Assembly: GCA_032718475.1 (NCBI GenBank)
Contig: JAUCBJ010007806.1
Span: 62,001-126,000, forward strand
Direction: 5' to 3'
Length of the DNA stretch: 64,000 bases
From: Nemertoderma westbladi
Taxonomy: Eukaryota > Animalia > Xenacoelomorpha
The notes under the pieces are model-generated. The model was not told the origin of the DNA, did not search any database, and saw only the letters and a program-made list of their open reading frames with translations. Below are positions 1 to 15,000 of this stretch, piece after piece; position 1 is the stretch's first letter; every line of letters starts with the position of its first letter. The position numbers and the translations under genes are program-made.

Positions 1-3000
1 TTGTATACGGAATAGACATACAACTGTGAAAGAGAAGGTTAGTTATTGCATACGGAATAGACATACAACTGTGAAAGTGAAAAATAGTTATTGTATACGG
101 AATAGACATACAACTGTGAAAGAGAAGGTTAGTTATTGCATACGGAATAGACATACAACTGTGAAAGTGAAAAATAGTTATTGCATACAGAATAGCCATA
201 CAACTGTGAAAGAGAAAAATAGTTATTGTATACGGAATAGCCATACAACTGTGAAAGAGAAGGTTAGTTATTGCATACGGAATAGACATACAACTGTGAA
301 AGTGAAAGTTAGTTATTGTATACGGAATAGCCAAACAACTGTGAAAGAGAAAGTTATTTATTGTATACGGAATAGCTATACAACTGTGAAAGTGAAAGTT
401 AGTTATTGCATACGGAATAGCCATACAACTGTGAAAGAGAAAAATAGTTATTGTATACGGAATAGCCATACAACTGTGAAAGAGAAAAATAGTTATTGTA
501 TACGGAATAGCCATACAACTGTGAAAGAGAAAAATAGTTATTGTATACGGAATAGCCATACAACTGTGAAAGTGAAAGTTAGTTATTGTATACGGAATAG
601 CCATACAACTCTGAAAGTGAAAGTTAGTTATTGCATACGGAATAGACATACAACTGTGAAAGAGAAAAATAGTTATTGTATACGGAATAGCCATACAACT
701 GTGAAAGAGAAAAATAGTTATTGCATACGGAATAGCCATACAACTGTGAAAGAGAAGGTTAGTTATTGCATACGGAATAGACATACAACTGTGAAAGAGA
801 AAAATAGTTATTGTATACGGAATAGCCATACAACTGTGAAAGAGAAAAATAGTTATTGCATACGGAATAGCCATACAACTGTGAAAGAGAAGGTTAGTTA
901 TTGCATACGGAATAGACATACAACTGTGAAAGAGAAAAATAGTTATTGTATACGGAATAGCCATACAACTGTGAAAGAGAAAAATAGTTATTGTATACGG
1001 AATAGCCATACAACTGTGAAAGAGAAGGTTAGTTATTGCATACGGAATAGACATACAACTGTGAAAGAGAAAAATAGTTATTGTATACGGAATAGCCATA
1101 CAACTGTGAAAGAGAAAAATAGTTATTGTATACGGAATAGCCATACAACTGTGAAAGAGAAAAATAGTTATTGTATACGGAATAGACATACAACTGTGAA
1201 AGAGAAAAATAGTTATTGCATACGGAATAGCCATACAACTGTGAAAGAGAAGGTTAGTTATTGCATACGGAATAGACATACAACTGTGAAAGAGAAAAAT
1301 AGTTATTGTATACGGAATAGCCATACATACAACTGTGAAAGAGAAGGTTAGTTATTGCATACGGAATAGACATACAACTGTGAAAGAGAAAAATAGTTAT
1401 TGTATACGGAATAGCCATACAACTGTGAAAGAGAAAAATAGTTATTGTATACGGAATAGACATACAACTGTGAAAGAGAAAAATAGTTATTGCATACGGA
1501 ATAGCCATACAACTGTGAAAGAGAAGGTTAGTTATTGCATACGGAATAGACATACAACTGTGAAAGAGAAAAATAGTTATTGTATACGGAATAGCCATAC
1601 AACTGTGAAAGAGAAAAATAGTTATTGTATACGGAATAGCCATACAACTGTGAAAGAGAAGGTTAGTTATTGCATACGGAATAGCCATACAACTGTGAAA
1701 GAGAAAAATAGTTATTGTATACGGAATAGCCATACATACAACTGTGAAAGAGAAGGTTAGTTATTGCATACGGAATAGACATACAACTGTGAAAGAGAAA
1801 AATAGTTATTGTATACGGAATAGCCATACAACTGTGAAAGAGAAGGTTAGTTATTGCATACGGAATAGCCATACAACTGTGAAAGAGAAAAATAGTTATT
1901 GTATACGGAATAGCCATACAACTGTGAAAGAGAAAAATAGTTATTGTATACGGAATAGCCATACAACTGTGAAAGTGAAAGTTAGTTATTGCATACGGAA
2001 TAGCCATACAACTGTGAAAGAGAAAAATAGTTATTGTATACGGAATAGCCATACAACTGTGAAAGAGAAAAATAGTTATTGTATACGGAATAGCCATACA
2101 ACTGTGAAAGAGAAGGTTAGTTATTGCATACGGAATAGCCATACAACTGTGAAAGTGAAGGTTAGTTATTGCATACGGAATAGCCATACAACTGTGAAAG
2201 TGAAAAATAGTTATTGTATACGGAATAGCCATACAACTGTGAAAGAGAAGGTTAGTTATTGCATACGGAATAGCCATACAACTGTGAAAGAGAAAAATAG
2301 TTATTGTATACGGAATAGCCATACAACTGTGAAAGAGAAGGTTAGTTATTGCATACGGAATAGCCATACAACTGTGAAAGAGAAAAATAGTTATTGTATA
2401 CGGAATAGACATACAACTGTGAAAGTGAAAGTTAGTTATTGTATACGGAATAGCCATACAACTGTGAAAGAGAAGGTTAGTTATTGCATACGGAATAGCC
2501 ATACAACTGTGAAAGAGAAGGTTAGTTATTGCATACGGAATAGCCATACAACTGTGAAAGTGAAGGTTAGTTATTGCATACGGAATAGCCATACAACTGT
2601 GAAAGAGAAAAATAGTTATTGTATACGGAATAGCCATACAACTGTGAAAGAGAAGGTTAGTTATTGCATACGGAATAGCCATACAACTGTGAAAGAGAAA
2701 AATAGTTATTGTATACGGAATAGACATACAACTGTGAAAGTGAAAGTTAGTTATTGTATACGGAATAGCCAAACAACTGTGAAAGAGAAAAATAGTTATT
2801 GTATACGGAATAGCCATACAACTGTGAAAGAGAAAAATAGTTATTGTATACGGAATAGCCATACAACTGTGAAAGAGAAGGTTAGTTATTGCATACGGAA
2901 TAGCCATACAACTGTGAAAGTGAAGGTTAGTTATTGCATACGGAATAGACATACAACTGTGAAAGAGAAAAATAGTTATTGTATACGGAATAGCCATACA

Positions 3001-6000
3001 ACTGTGAAAGAGAAAAATAGTTATTGTATACGGAATAGCCATACAACTGTGAAAGAGAAGGTTAGTTATTGCATACGGAATAGCCATACAACTGTGAAAG
3101 TGAAAGTTAGTTATTGCATACGGAATAGACATACAACTGTGAAAGAGAAAAATAGTTATTGTATACGGAATAGCCATACAACTGTGAAAGAGAAGGTTAG
3201 TTATTGCATACGGAATAGCCATACAACTGTGAAAGTGAAGGTTAGTTATTGCATACGGAATAGCCATACAACTGTGAAAGTGAAGGTTAGTTATTGCATA
3301 CGGAATAGACATACAACTGTGAAAGAGAAAAATAGTTATTGTATACGGAATAGCCATACAACTGTGAAAGAGAAGGTTAGTTATTGCATACGGAATAGCC
3401 ATACAACTGTGAAAGAGAAGGTTAGTTATTGCATACGGAATAGCCATACAACTGTGAAAGTGAAAGTTAGTTATTGTATACGGAATAGCCAAACAACTGT
3501 GAAAGAGAAAGTTATTTATTGTATACGGAATAGCTATACAACTGTGAAAGTGAAAGTTAGTTATTGCATACGGAATAGCCATACAACTGTGAAAGTGAAG
3601 GTTAGTTATTGCATACGGAATAGCCATACATACAACTGTGAAAGAGAAAAATAGTTATTGCATACGGAATAGCCATACAACTGTGAAAGAGAAGGTTAGT
3701 TATTGCATACGGAATAGCCATACAACTGTGAAAGTGAAAGTTAGTTATTGTATACGGAATAGCCAAACAACTGTGAAAGTGAAAGTTAGTTATTGCATAC
3801 GGAATAGCCATACAACTGTGAAAGAGAAAAATAGTTATTGTATACGGAATAGCCATACAACTGTGAAAGAGAAGGTTAGTTATTGCATACGGAATAGCCA
3901 TACAACTGTGAAAGTGAAAGTTAGTTATTGTATACGGAATAGCCAAACAACTGTGAAAGTGAAAGTTAGTTATTGCATACGGAATAGCCATACAACTGTG
4001 AAAGAGAAAGTTAGTTATTGTATACGGAATAGCCATACATACAACTGTGAAAGAGAAGGTTAGTTATTGCATACGGAATAGACATACAACTGTGAAAGAG
4101 AAAAATAGTTATTGTATACGGAATAGCCATACAACTGTGAAAGAGAAAAATAGTTATTGTATACGGAATAGCCATACAACTGTGAAAGAGAAGGTTAGTT
4201 ATTGCATACGGAATAGCCATACAACTGTGAAAGTGAAAGTTAGTTATTGTATACGGAATAGCCAAACAACTGTGAAAGTGAAAGTTAGTTATTGCATACG
4301 GAATAGCCATACAACTGTGAAAGAGAAAGTTAGTTATTGTATACGGAATAGCCATACAACTGTGAAAGTGAAAGTTAGTTATTGCATACGGAATAGCCAT
4401 ACATACAACTGTGAAAGAGAAGGTTAGTTATTGCATACGGAATAGCCATACAACTGTGAAAGTGAAAGTTAGTTATTGCATACGGAATAGCCATACAACT
4501 GTGAAAGTGAAAGTTAGTTATTGCATACGGAATAGCCATACATACAACTGTGAAAGAGAAGATTAGTTATTGCATACGGAATAGACATACAACTGTGAAA
4601 GTGAAAGTTAGTTATTGCATACGGAATAGCCATACATACAACTGTGAAAGAGAAAAATAGTTATTGCATACGGAATAGCCATACAACTCGGAAAATGAAA
4701 GTTAGTTATTGCATACGGAATAGCCATACAACTGTGAAAGAGAAGGTTAGTTATTGCATACGGAATAGACATACAACTGTGAAAGTGAAAGTTAGTTATT
4801 GCATACGGAATAGCCATACAACTGTGAAAGTGAAAGTTAGTTATTGCATACGGAATAGCCATACAACTGTGAAAGTGAAGGTTAGTTATTGCATACGGAA
4901 TAGCCATACAACTGTGAAAGAGAAAAATAGTTATTGTATACGGAATAGCCATACAACTGTGAAAGAGAAAAATAGTTATTGCATATACGGAATAGCCATA
5001 CAACTGTGAAAGAGAAAAATAGTTATTGTATACGGAATAGCCATACAACTGTGAAAGAGAAAAATAGTTATTGCATACGGAATAGACATACAACTGTGAA
5101 AGTGAAAGTTAGTTATTACATACGGAATAGCCATACAACTGTGAAAGTGAAAGTTAGTTATTGCATACGGAATAGCCATACAACTGTGAAAGAGAAAGTT
5201 AGTTATTGCATACGGAATAGACATACAACTGTGAAAGTGAAGGTTAGTTATTGCATACGGAATAGCCATACAACTGTGAAAGAGAAGGTTAGTTATTGCA
5301 TACGGAATAGACATACAACTGTGAAAGAGAAAAATAGTTATTGTATACGGAATAGCCATACAACTGTGAAAGTTAGTTATTGTATACGGAATAGCCATAC
5401 AACTGTGAAAGAGAAAAATAGTTATTGTATACGGAATAGCCATACAACTGTGAAAGAGAAAAATAGTTATTGCATACGGAATAGCCATACAACTGTGAAA
5501 GAGAAAAATAGTTATTGTATACGGAATAGCCATACAACTGTGAAAGAGAAAGTTAGTTATTGCATACGGAATAGACATACAACTGTGAAAGTGAAGGTTA
5601 GTTATTGCATACGGAATAGACATACAACTGTGAAAGAGAAAAATAGTTATTGCATACGGAATAGCCATACAACTGTGAAAGAGAAGGTTAGTTATTGCAT
5701 ACGGAATAGACATACAACTGTGAAAGAGAAAAATAGTTATTGTATACGGAATAGCCATACAACTGTGAAAGTTAGTTATTGTATACGGAATAGCCATACA
5801 ACTGTGAAAGAGAAAAATAGTTATTGTATACGGAATAGCCATACAACTGTGAAAGAGAAGGTTAGTTATTGCATACGGAATAGACATACAACTGTGAAAG
5901 AGAAAAATAGTTATTGTATACGGAATAGCCATACAACTGTGAAAGTTAGTTATTGTATACGGAATAGCCATACAACTGTGAAAGAGAAAAATAGTTATTG

Positions 6001-9000
6001 TATACGGAATAGCCATACAACTGTGAAAGAGAAAAATAGTTATTGCATACGGAATAGCCATACAACTGTGAAAGAGAAAAATAGTTATTGTATACGGAAT
6101 AGCCATACAACTGTGAAAGAGAAAGTTAGTTATTGCATACGGAATAGACATACAACTGTGAAAGTGAAGGTTAGTTATTGCATACGGAATAGACATACAA
6201 CTGTGAAAGAGAAAAATAGTTATTGCATACGGAATAGCCATACAACTGTGAAAGAGAAAAATAGTTATTGTATACGGAATAGCCATACAACTGTGAAAGA
6301 GAAGGTTAGTTATTGCATACGGAATAGCCATACATACAACCCTGAAAGTGAAAGTTAGTTATTGCATACGGAATAGCCATACAACTGTGAAAGAGAAAAA
6401 TAGTTATTGTATACGGAATAGCCATACAACTGTGAAAGAGAAAAATAGTTATTGTATACGGAATAGCCATACAACTGTGAAAGAGAAAGTTAGTTATTGC
6501 ATACGGAATAGACATACAACTGTGAAAGTGAAAGTTAGTTATTGCATACGGAATAGACATACAACTGTGAAAGTGAAGGTTAGTTATTGCATACGGAATA
6601 GCCATACAACTGTGAAAGTGAAGGTTAGTTATTGCATACGGAATAGCCATACAACTGTGAAAGAGAAGGTTAGTTATTGCATACGGAATAGCCATACAAC
6701 TGTGAAAGTGAAGGTTAGTTATTGCATACGGAATAGCGATGCAACTGTGAAAGAGAAAAATAGTTATTGTATACGGAATAGCCATACAACTGTGAAAGAG
6801 AAAAATAGTTATTGTATACGGAATAGCCATACAACTGTGAAAGAGAAAAATAGTTATTGTATACGGAATAGCCTTACAACTGTGAAAGAGAAAAATAGTT
6901 ATTGTATACGGAATAGCCATACAACTGTGAAAGAGAAAAATAGTTATTGTATACGGAATAGCCTTACAACTGTGAAAGAGAAAAATAGTTATTGTATACG
7001 GAATAGCCATACAACTGTGAAAGAGAAAGTTAGTTATTGCATACGGAATAGACATACAACTGTGAAAGTGAAGGTTAGTTATTGCATACGGAATAGACAT
7101 ACAACTGTGAAAGAGAAAAATAGTTATTGCATACGGAATAGCCATACAACTGTGAAAGAGAAAAATAGTTATTGTATACGGAATAGCCATACAACTGTGA
7201 AAGTGAAAGTTAGTTATTGCATACGGAATAGCCATACATACAACCCTGAAAGTGAAAGTTAGTTATTGCATACGGAATAGCCATACAACTGTGAAAGAGA
7301 AAAATAGTTATTGTATACGGAATAGCCATACAACTGTGAAAGAGAAAAATAGTTATTGTATACGGAATAGCCATACAACTGTGAAAGAGAAAGTTAGTTA
7401 TTGCATACGGAATAGACATACAACTGTGAAAGTGAAGGTTAGTTATTGCATACGGAATAGACATACAACTGTGAAAGAGAAAAATAGTTATTGCATACGG
7501 AATAGCCATACAACTGTGAAAGAGAAGGTTAGTTATTGCATACGGAATAGCCATACAACTGTGAAAGTGAAGGTTAGTTATTGCATACGGAATAGCCATA
7601 CAACTGTGAAAGAGAAAAATAGTTATTGTATACGGAATAGCCATACAACTGTGAAAGAGAAGGTTAGTTATTGCATACGGAATAGCCATACAACTGTGAA
7701 AGTGAAGGTTAGTTATTGCATACGGAATAGCCATACAACTGTGAAAGTGAAGGTTAGTTATTGCATACGGAATAGCCATACAACTGTGAAAGTGAAGGTT
7801 AGTTATTGCATACGGAATAGCCATACAACTGTGAAAGTGAAAGTTAGTTATTGCATACGGAATAGACATACAACTGTGAAAGAGAAAAATAGTTATTGCA
7901 TACGGAATAGACATACAACTGTGAAAGAGAAAAATAGTTATTGTATACGGAATAGCCATACAACTGTGAAAGTGAAAGTTAGTTATTGCATACGGAATAG
8001 CCATACAACTCTGAAAGTGAAAGTTAGTTATTGCATACGGAATAGCCATACAACTGTGAAAGAGAAGGTTAGTTATTGCATACGGAATAGCCATACAACT
8101 GTGAAAGTGAAAGTTAGTTATTGCATACGGAATAGCCATACAACTCTGAAAGTGAAAGTTAGTTATTGCATACGGAATAGCCATACAACTGTGAAAGAGA
8201 AGGTTAGTTATTGCATACGGAATAGCCATACAACTGTGAAAGTGAAAGTTAGTTATTGCATACGGAATAGCCATACAACTCTGAAAGTGAAAGTTAGTTA
8301 TTGCATACGGAATAGCCATACAACTGTGAAAGAGAAGGTTAGTTATTGCATACGGAATAGCCATACAACTGTGAAAGTGAAAGTTAGTTATTGCATACGG
8401 AATAGCCATACAACTCTGAAAGTGAAAGTTAGTTATTGCATACGGAATAGCCATACAACTGTGAAAGTGAAGGTTAGTTATTGCATACAGAATAGCCTTA
8501 CAACTGTGAAAGTGAAAGTTAGTTATTGCATACGGAATAGCCATACAACTGTGAAAGAGAAAAATAGTTATTGTATACGGAATAGCCATACAACTGTGAA
8601 AGAGAAGGTTAGTTATTGCATACGGAATAGCCATACAACTGTGAAAGTGAAGGTTAGTTATTGCATACGGAATAGCCATACAACTGTGAAAGAGAAAAAT
8701 AGTTATTGTATACGGAATAGCCATACAACTGTGAAAGAGAAAGTTAGTTATTACATACGGAATAGCGATGCAACTGTGAAAGTGAAACTTAGTTATTGCA
8801 TACGGAATAGACATACAACTGTGAAAGAGAAAAATAGTTATTGTATACGGAATAGACATACAACTGTGAAAGAGAAAAATAGTTATTGTATACGGAATAG
8901 CCATACAACTGTGAAAGAGAAAAATAGTTATTGTATACGGAATAGCCATACAACTGTGAAAGAGAAGGTTAGTTATTGCATACGGAATAGCCATACAACT

Positions 9001-12000
9001 GTGAAAGAGAAGGTTAGTTATTGCATACGGAATAGCGATGCAACTGTGAAAGTGAAACTTAGTTATTGCATACGGAATAGACATACAACTGTGAAAGAGA
9101 AAAATAGTTATTGTATACGGAATAGCCATACAACTGTGAAAGAGAAAAATAGTTATTGTATACGGAATAGCCATACAACTGTGAAAGAGAAGGTTAGTTA
9201 TTGCATACGGAATAGCCATACAACTGTGAAAGTGAAAGTTAGTTATTGTATACGGAATAGACATACAACTGTGAAAGAGAAAAATAGTTATTGTATACGG
9301 AATAGCCATACAACTGTGAAAGAGAAAAATAGTTATTGTATACGGAATAGCCATACAACTGTGAAAGTGAAAGTTAGTTATTGCATACGGAATAGCCATA
9401 CAACTGTGAAAGTGAAAGTTAGTTATTGCATACGGAATAGCCATACATACAACTGTGAAAGAGAAGATTAGTTATTGCATACGGAATAGACATACAACTG
9501 TGAAAGTGAAAGTTAGTTATTGCATACGGAATAGCCATACAACTGTGAAAGAGAAAAATAGTTATTGTATACGGAATAGCCATACAACTGTGAAAGAGAA
9601 AAATAGTTATTGTATACGGAATAGCCATACAACTGTGAAAGAGAAGGTTAGTTATTGCATACGGAATAGCCATACAACTGTGAAAGTGAAAGTTAGTTAT
9701 TGCATACGGAATAGCCATACAACTGTGAAAGAGAAAAATAGTTATTGTATACGGAATAGCCATACAACTGTGAAAGAGAAGGTTAGTTATTGCATACGGA
9801 ATAGCCATACAACTGTGAAAGTGAAAGTTAGTTATTACATACGGAATAGCCATACAACTGTGAAAGAGAAAAATAGTTATTGTATACGGAATAGCCATAC
9901 AACTGTGAAAGAGAAAAATAGTTATTGTATACGGAATAGCCATACAACTGTGAAAGAGAAGGTTAGTTATTGCATACGGAATAGCCATACAACTGTGAAA
10001 GTGAAGGTTAGTTATTGCATACGGAATAGCCATACAACTGTGAAAGTGAAGGTTAGTTATTGCATACGGAATAGCCATACAACTGTGAAAGAGAAAAATA
10101 GTTATTGTATACGGAATAGCCATACAACTGTGAAAGAGAAGGTTAGTTATTGCATACGGAATAGCCATACAACTGTGAAAGAGAAAAATAGTTATTGTAT
10201 ACGGAATAGCCATACAACTGTGAAAGAGAAGGTTAGTTATTGCATACGGAATAGCCATACAACTGTGAAAGAGAAAAATAGTTATTGTATACGGAATAGC
10301 CATACAACTGTGAAAGAGAAAAATAGTTATTGTATACGGAATAGCCATACAACTGTGAAAGAGAAGGTTAGTTATTGCATACGGAATAGCCATACAACTG
10401 TGAAAGTGAAAGTTAGTTATTGCATACGGAATAGACATACAACTGTGAAAGAGAAAAATAGTTATTGTATACGGAATAGCCATACAACTGTGAAAGAGAA
10501 AAATAGTTATTGTATACGGAATAGCCATACAACTGTGAAAGAGAAGGTTAGTTATTGCATACGGAATAGCCATACAACTGTGAAAGTGAAAGTTAGTTAT
10601 TACATACGGAATAGCCATACAACTGTGAAAGAGAAAAATAGTTATTGTATACGGAATAGCCATACAACTGTGAAAGAGAAAAATAGTTATTGCATACGGA
10701 ATAGCCATACAACTGTGAAAGAGAAGGTTAGTTATTGCATACGGAATAGCCATACAACTGTGAAAGTGAAAGTTAGTTATTGCATACGGAATAGCCATAC
10801 AACTGTGAAAGAGAAGGTTAGTTATTGCATACGGAATAGACATACAACTGTGAAAGAGAAAAATAGTTATTGTATACGGAATAGCCATATAACTGTGAAA
10901 GAGAAAAATAGTTATTGTATACGGAATAGCCATACAACTGTGAAAGAGAAAAATAGTTATTGCATACGGAATAGCCATACAACTGTGAAAGAGAAGGTTA
11001 GTTATTGCATACGGAATAGACATACAACTGTGAAAGAGAAAAATAGTTATTGTATACGGAATAGCCATACAACTGTGAAAGAGAAAAATAGTTATTGCAT
11101 ACGGAATAGCCATACAACTGTGAAAGAGAAAAATAGTTATTGTATACGGAATAGCCATACAACTGTGAAAGAGAAAAATAGTTATTGTATACGGAATAGC
11201 CATACAACTGTGAAAGAGAAGGTTAGTTATTGCATACGGAATAGCCATACAACTGTGAAAGTGAAAGTTAGTTATTGCATACGGAATAGCCATACAACTC
11301 TGAAAGTGAAAGTTAGTTATTGCATACGGAATAGCCATACAACTGTGAAAGTGAAGGTTAGTTATTGCATACGGAATAGCCATACAACTGTGAAAGTGAA
11401 AAATAGTTATTGTATACGGAATAGCCATACAACTGTGAAAGAGAAAAATAGTTATTGTATACGGAATAGCCATACAACTGTGAAAGTGAAAGTTAGTTAT
11501 TGCATACGGAATAGCCATACAACTGTGAAAGAGAAAAATAGTTATTGTATACGGAATAGCCATACAACTGTGAAAGAGAAAAATAGTTATTGTATACGGA
11601 ATAGCCATACAACTGTGAAAGAGAAGGTTAGTTATTGCATACGGAATAGCCATACAACTGTGAAAGTGAAGGTTAGTTATTGCATACGGAATAGCCATAC
11701 AACTGTGAAAGTGAAAGTTAGTTATTGCATACGGAATAGCCATACAACTCTGAAAGTGAAAGTTAGTTATTGCATACGGAATAGCCATACAACTGTGAAA
11801 GAGAAAAATAGTTATTGTATACGGAATAGCCATACAACTGTGAAAGAGAAAAATAGTTATTGTATACGGAATAGCCATACAACTGTGAAAGAGAAAAATA
11901 GTTATTGTATACGGAATAGCCATACAACTGTGAAAGAGAAAAATAGTTATTGTATACGGAATAGCCATACAACTGTGAAAGAGAAGGTTAGTTATTGTAT

Positions 12001-15000
12001 ACGGAATAGCCATACAACTGTGAAAGAGAAAAATAGTTATTGTATACGGAATAGCCATACAACTGTGAAAGTGAAAGTTAGTTATTGCATACGGAATAGC
12101 CATACAACTGTGAAAGAGAAAAATAGTTATTGTATACGGAATAGCCATACAACTGTGAAAGAGAAAAATAGTTATTGTATACGGAATAGACATACAACTG
12201 TGAAAGAGAAGGTTAGTTATTGCATACGGAATAGACATACAACTGTGAAAGTGAAAGTTAGTTATTGTATACGGAATAGACATACAACTGTGAAAGAGAA
12301 AAATAGTTATTGTATACGGAATAGCCATACAACTGTGAAAGAGAAAAATAGTTATTGTATACGGAATAGCCATACAACTGTGAAAGAGAAGGTTAGTTAT
12401 TGCATACGGAATAGACATACAACTGTGAAAGTGAAAGTTAGTTATTGCATACGGAATAGACATACAACTGTGAAAGAGAAAAATAGTTATTGTATACGGA
12501 ATAGCCATACAACTGTGAAAGAGAAAAATAGTTATTGCATACGGAATAGCCATACAACTGTGAAAGTGAAAGTTAGTTATTGTATACGGAATAGACATAC
12601 AACTGTGAAAGAGAAAAATAGTTATTGTATACGGAATAGACATACAACTGTGAAAGTGAAAGTTAGTTATTGCATACGGAATAGCCATACAACTGTGAAA
12701 GAGAAAAATAGTTATTGTATACGGAATAGACATACAACTGTGAAAGTGAAAGTTAGTTATTGCATACGGAATAGCCATACAACTGTGAAAGAGAAAAATA
12801 GTTATTGTATACGGAATAGACATACAACTGTGAAAGTGAAAGTTAGTTATTGCATACGGAATAGACATACAACTGTGAAAGAGAAAAATAGTTATTGTAT
12901 ACGGAATAGCCATACAACTGTGAAAGAGAAGGTTAGTTATTGCATACGGAATAGACATACAACTGTGAAAGTGAAAGTTAGTTATTGCATACGGAATAGA
13001 CATACAACTGTGAAAGAGAAAAATAGTTATTGTATACGGAATAGCCATACAACTGTGAAAGAGAAAAATAGTTATTGTATACGGAATAGCCATACAACTG
13101 TGAAAGAGAAAGTTAGTTATTGCATACGGAATAGCCATACAACTGTGAAAGTGAAAGTTAGTTATTGCATACGGAATCGCCTTACAACTGTGAAAGTGAA
13201 AGTTAGTTATTGCATACGGAATAGCCATACAACTGTGAAAGTGAAAGTTAGTTATTGTATACGGAATAGACATACAACTGTGAAAGAGAAAAATAGTTAT
13301 TGTATACGGAATAGACATACAACTGTGAAAGTGAAAGTTAGTTATTGCATACGGAATAGCCATACAACTGTGAAAGAGAAAAATAGTTATTGTATACGGA
13401 ATAGACATACAACTGTGAAAGTGAAAGTTAGTTATTGCATACGGAATAGCCATACAACTGTGAAAGAGAAAAATAGTTATTGTATACGGAATAGACATAC
13501 AACTGTGAAAGTGAAAGTTAGTTATTGCATACGGAATAGCCATACAACTGTGAAAGAGAAAAATAGTTATTGTATACGGAATAGACATACAACTGTGAAA
13601 GTGAAAGTTAGTTATTGCATACGGAATAGCCATACAACTGTGAAAGAGAAAAATAGTTATTGTATACGGAATAGACATACAACTGTGAAAGTGAAAGTTA
13701 GTTATTGCATACGGAATAGCCATACAACTGTGAAAGAGAAAAATAGTTATTGTATACGGAATAGACATACAACTGTGAAAGTGAAAGTTAGTTATTGCAT
13801 ACGGAATAGCCATACAACTGTGAAAGTGAAAGTTAGTTATTGCATACGGAATAGCCATACAACTGTGAAAGAGAAAAATAGTTATTGTATACGGAATAGA
13901 CATACAACTGTGAAAGTGAAAGTTAGTTATTGCATACGGAATAGCCATACAACTGTGAAAGTGAAGGTTAGTTATTGCATACGGAATAGACATACAACTG
14001 TGAAAGAGAAAAATAGTTATTGTATACGGAATAGACATACAACTGTGAAAGTGAAAGTTAGTTATTGCATACGGAATAGCCATACAACTGTGAAAGAGAA
14101 GGTTAGTTATTGCATACGGAATCGCCTTACAACTGTGAAAGTGAAAGTTAGTTATTGCATACGGAATAGCCATACAACTGTGAAAGTGAAGGTTAGTTAT
14201 TGCATACGGAATAGCCATACAACTGTGAAAGTGAAGGTTAGTTATTGCATACGGAATAGCCATACAACTGTGAAAGAGAAAAATAGTTATTGTATACGGA
14301 ATAGCCATACAACTGTGAAAGAGAAAAATAGTTATTGTATACGGAATAGCCATACAACTGTGAAAGAGAAGGTTAGTTATTGCATACGGAATAGCCATAC
14401 AACTGTGAAAGTGAAAGTTAGTTATTGCATACGGAATAGCCATACAACTCTGAAAGTGAAAGTTAGTTATTGCAAACGGAATAGCCATACAACTGTGAAA
14501 GAGAAAAATAGTTATTGTATACGGAATAGACATACAACTGTGAAAGAGAAAAATAGTTATTGTATACGGAATAGCCATACAACTGTGAAAGAGAAAAATA
14601 GTTATTGTATACGGAATAGCCATACAACTGTGAAAGAGAAAGTTAGTTATTGCATACGGAATAGCCATACAACTGTGAAAGAGAAAAATAGTTATTGTAT
14701 ACGGAATAGCCATACAACTGTGAAAGAGAAAGTTATTTATTGTATACGGAATAGCCATACAACTGTGAAAGTGAAAGTTAGTTATTGTATACGGAATAGA
14801 CATACAACTGTGAAAGAGAAAAATAGTTATTGTATACGGAATAGCCATACAACTGTGAAAGAGAAAGTTAGTTATTGTATACGGAATAGACATACAACTG
14901 TGAAAGAGAAAAATAGTTATTGTATACGGAATAGACATACAACTGTGAAAGAGAAAAATAGTTATTGTATACGGAATAGCCATACAACTGTGAAAGAGAA

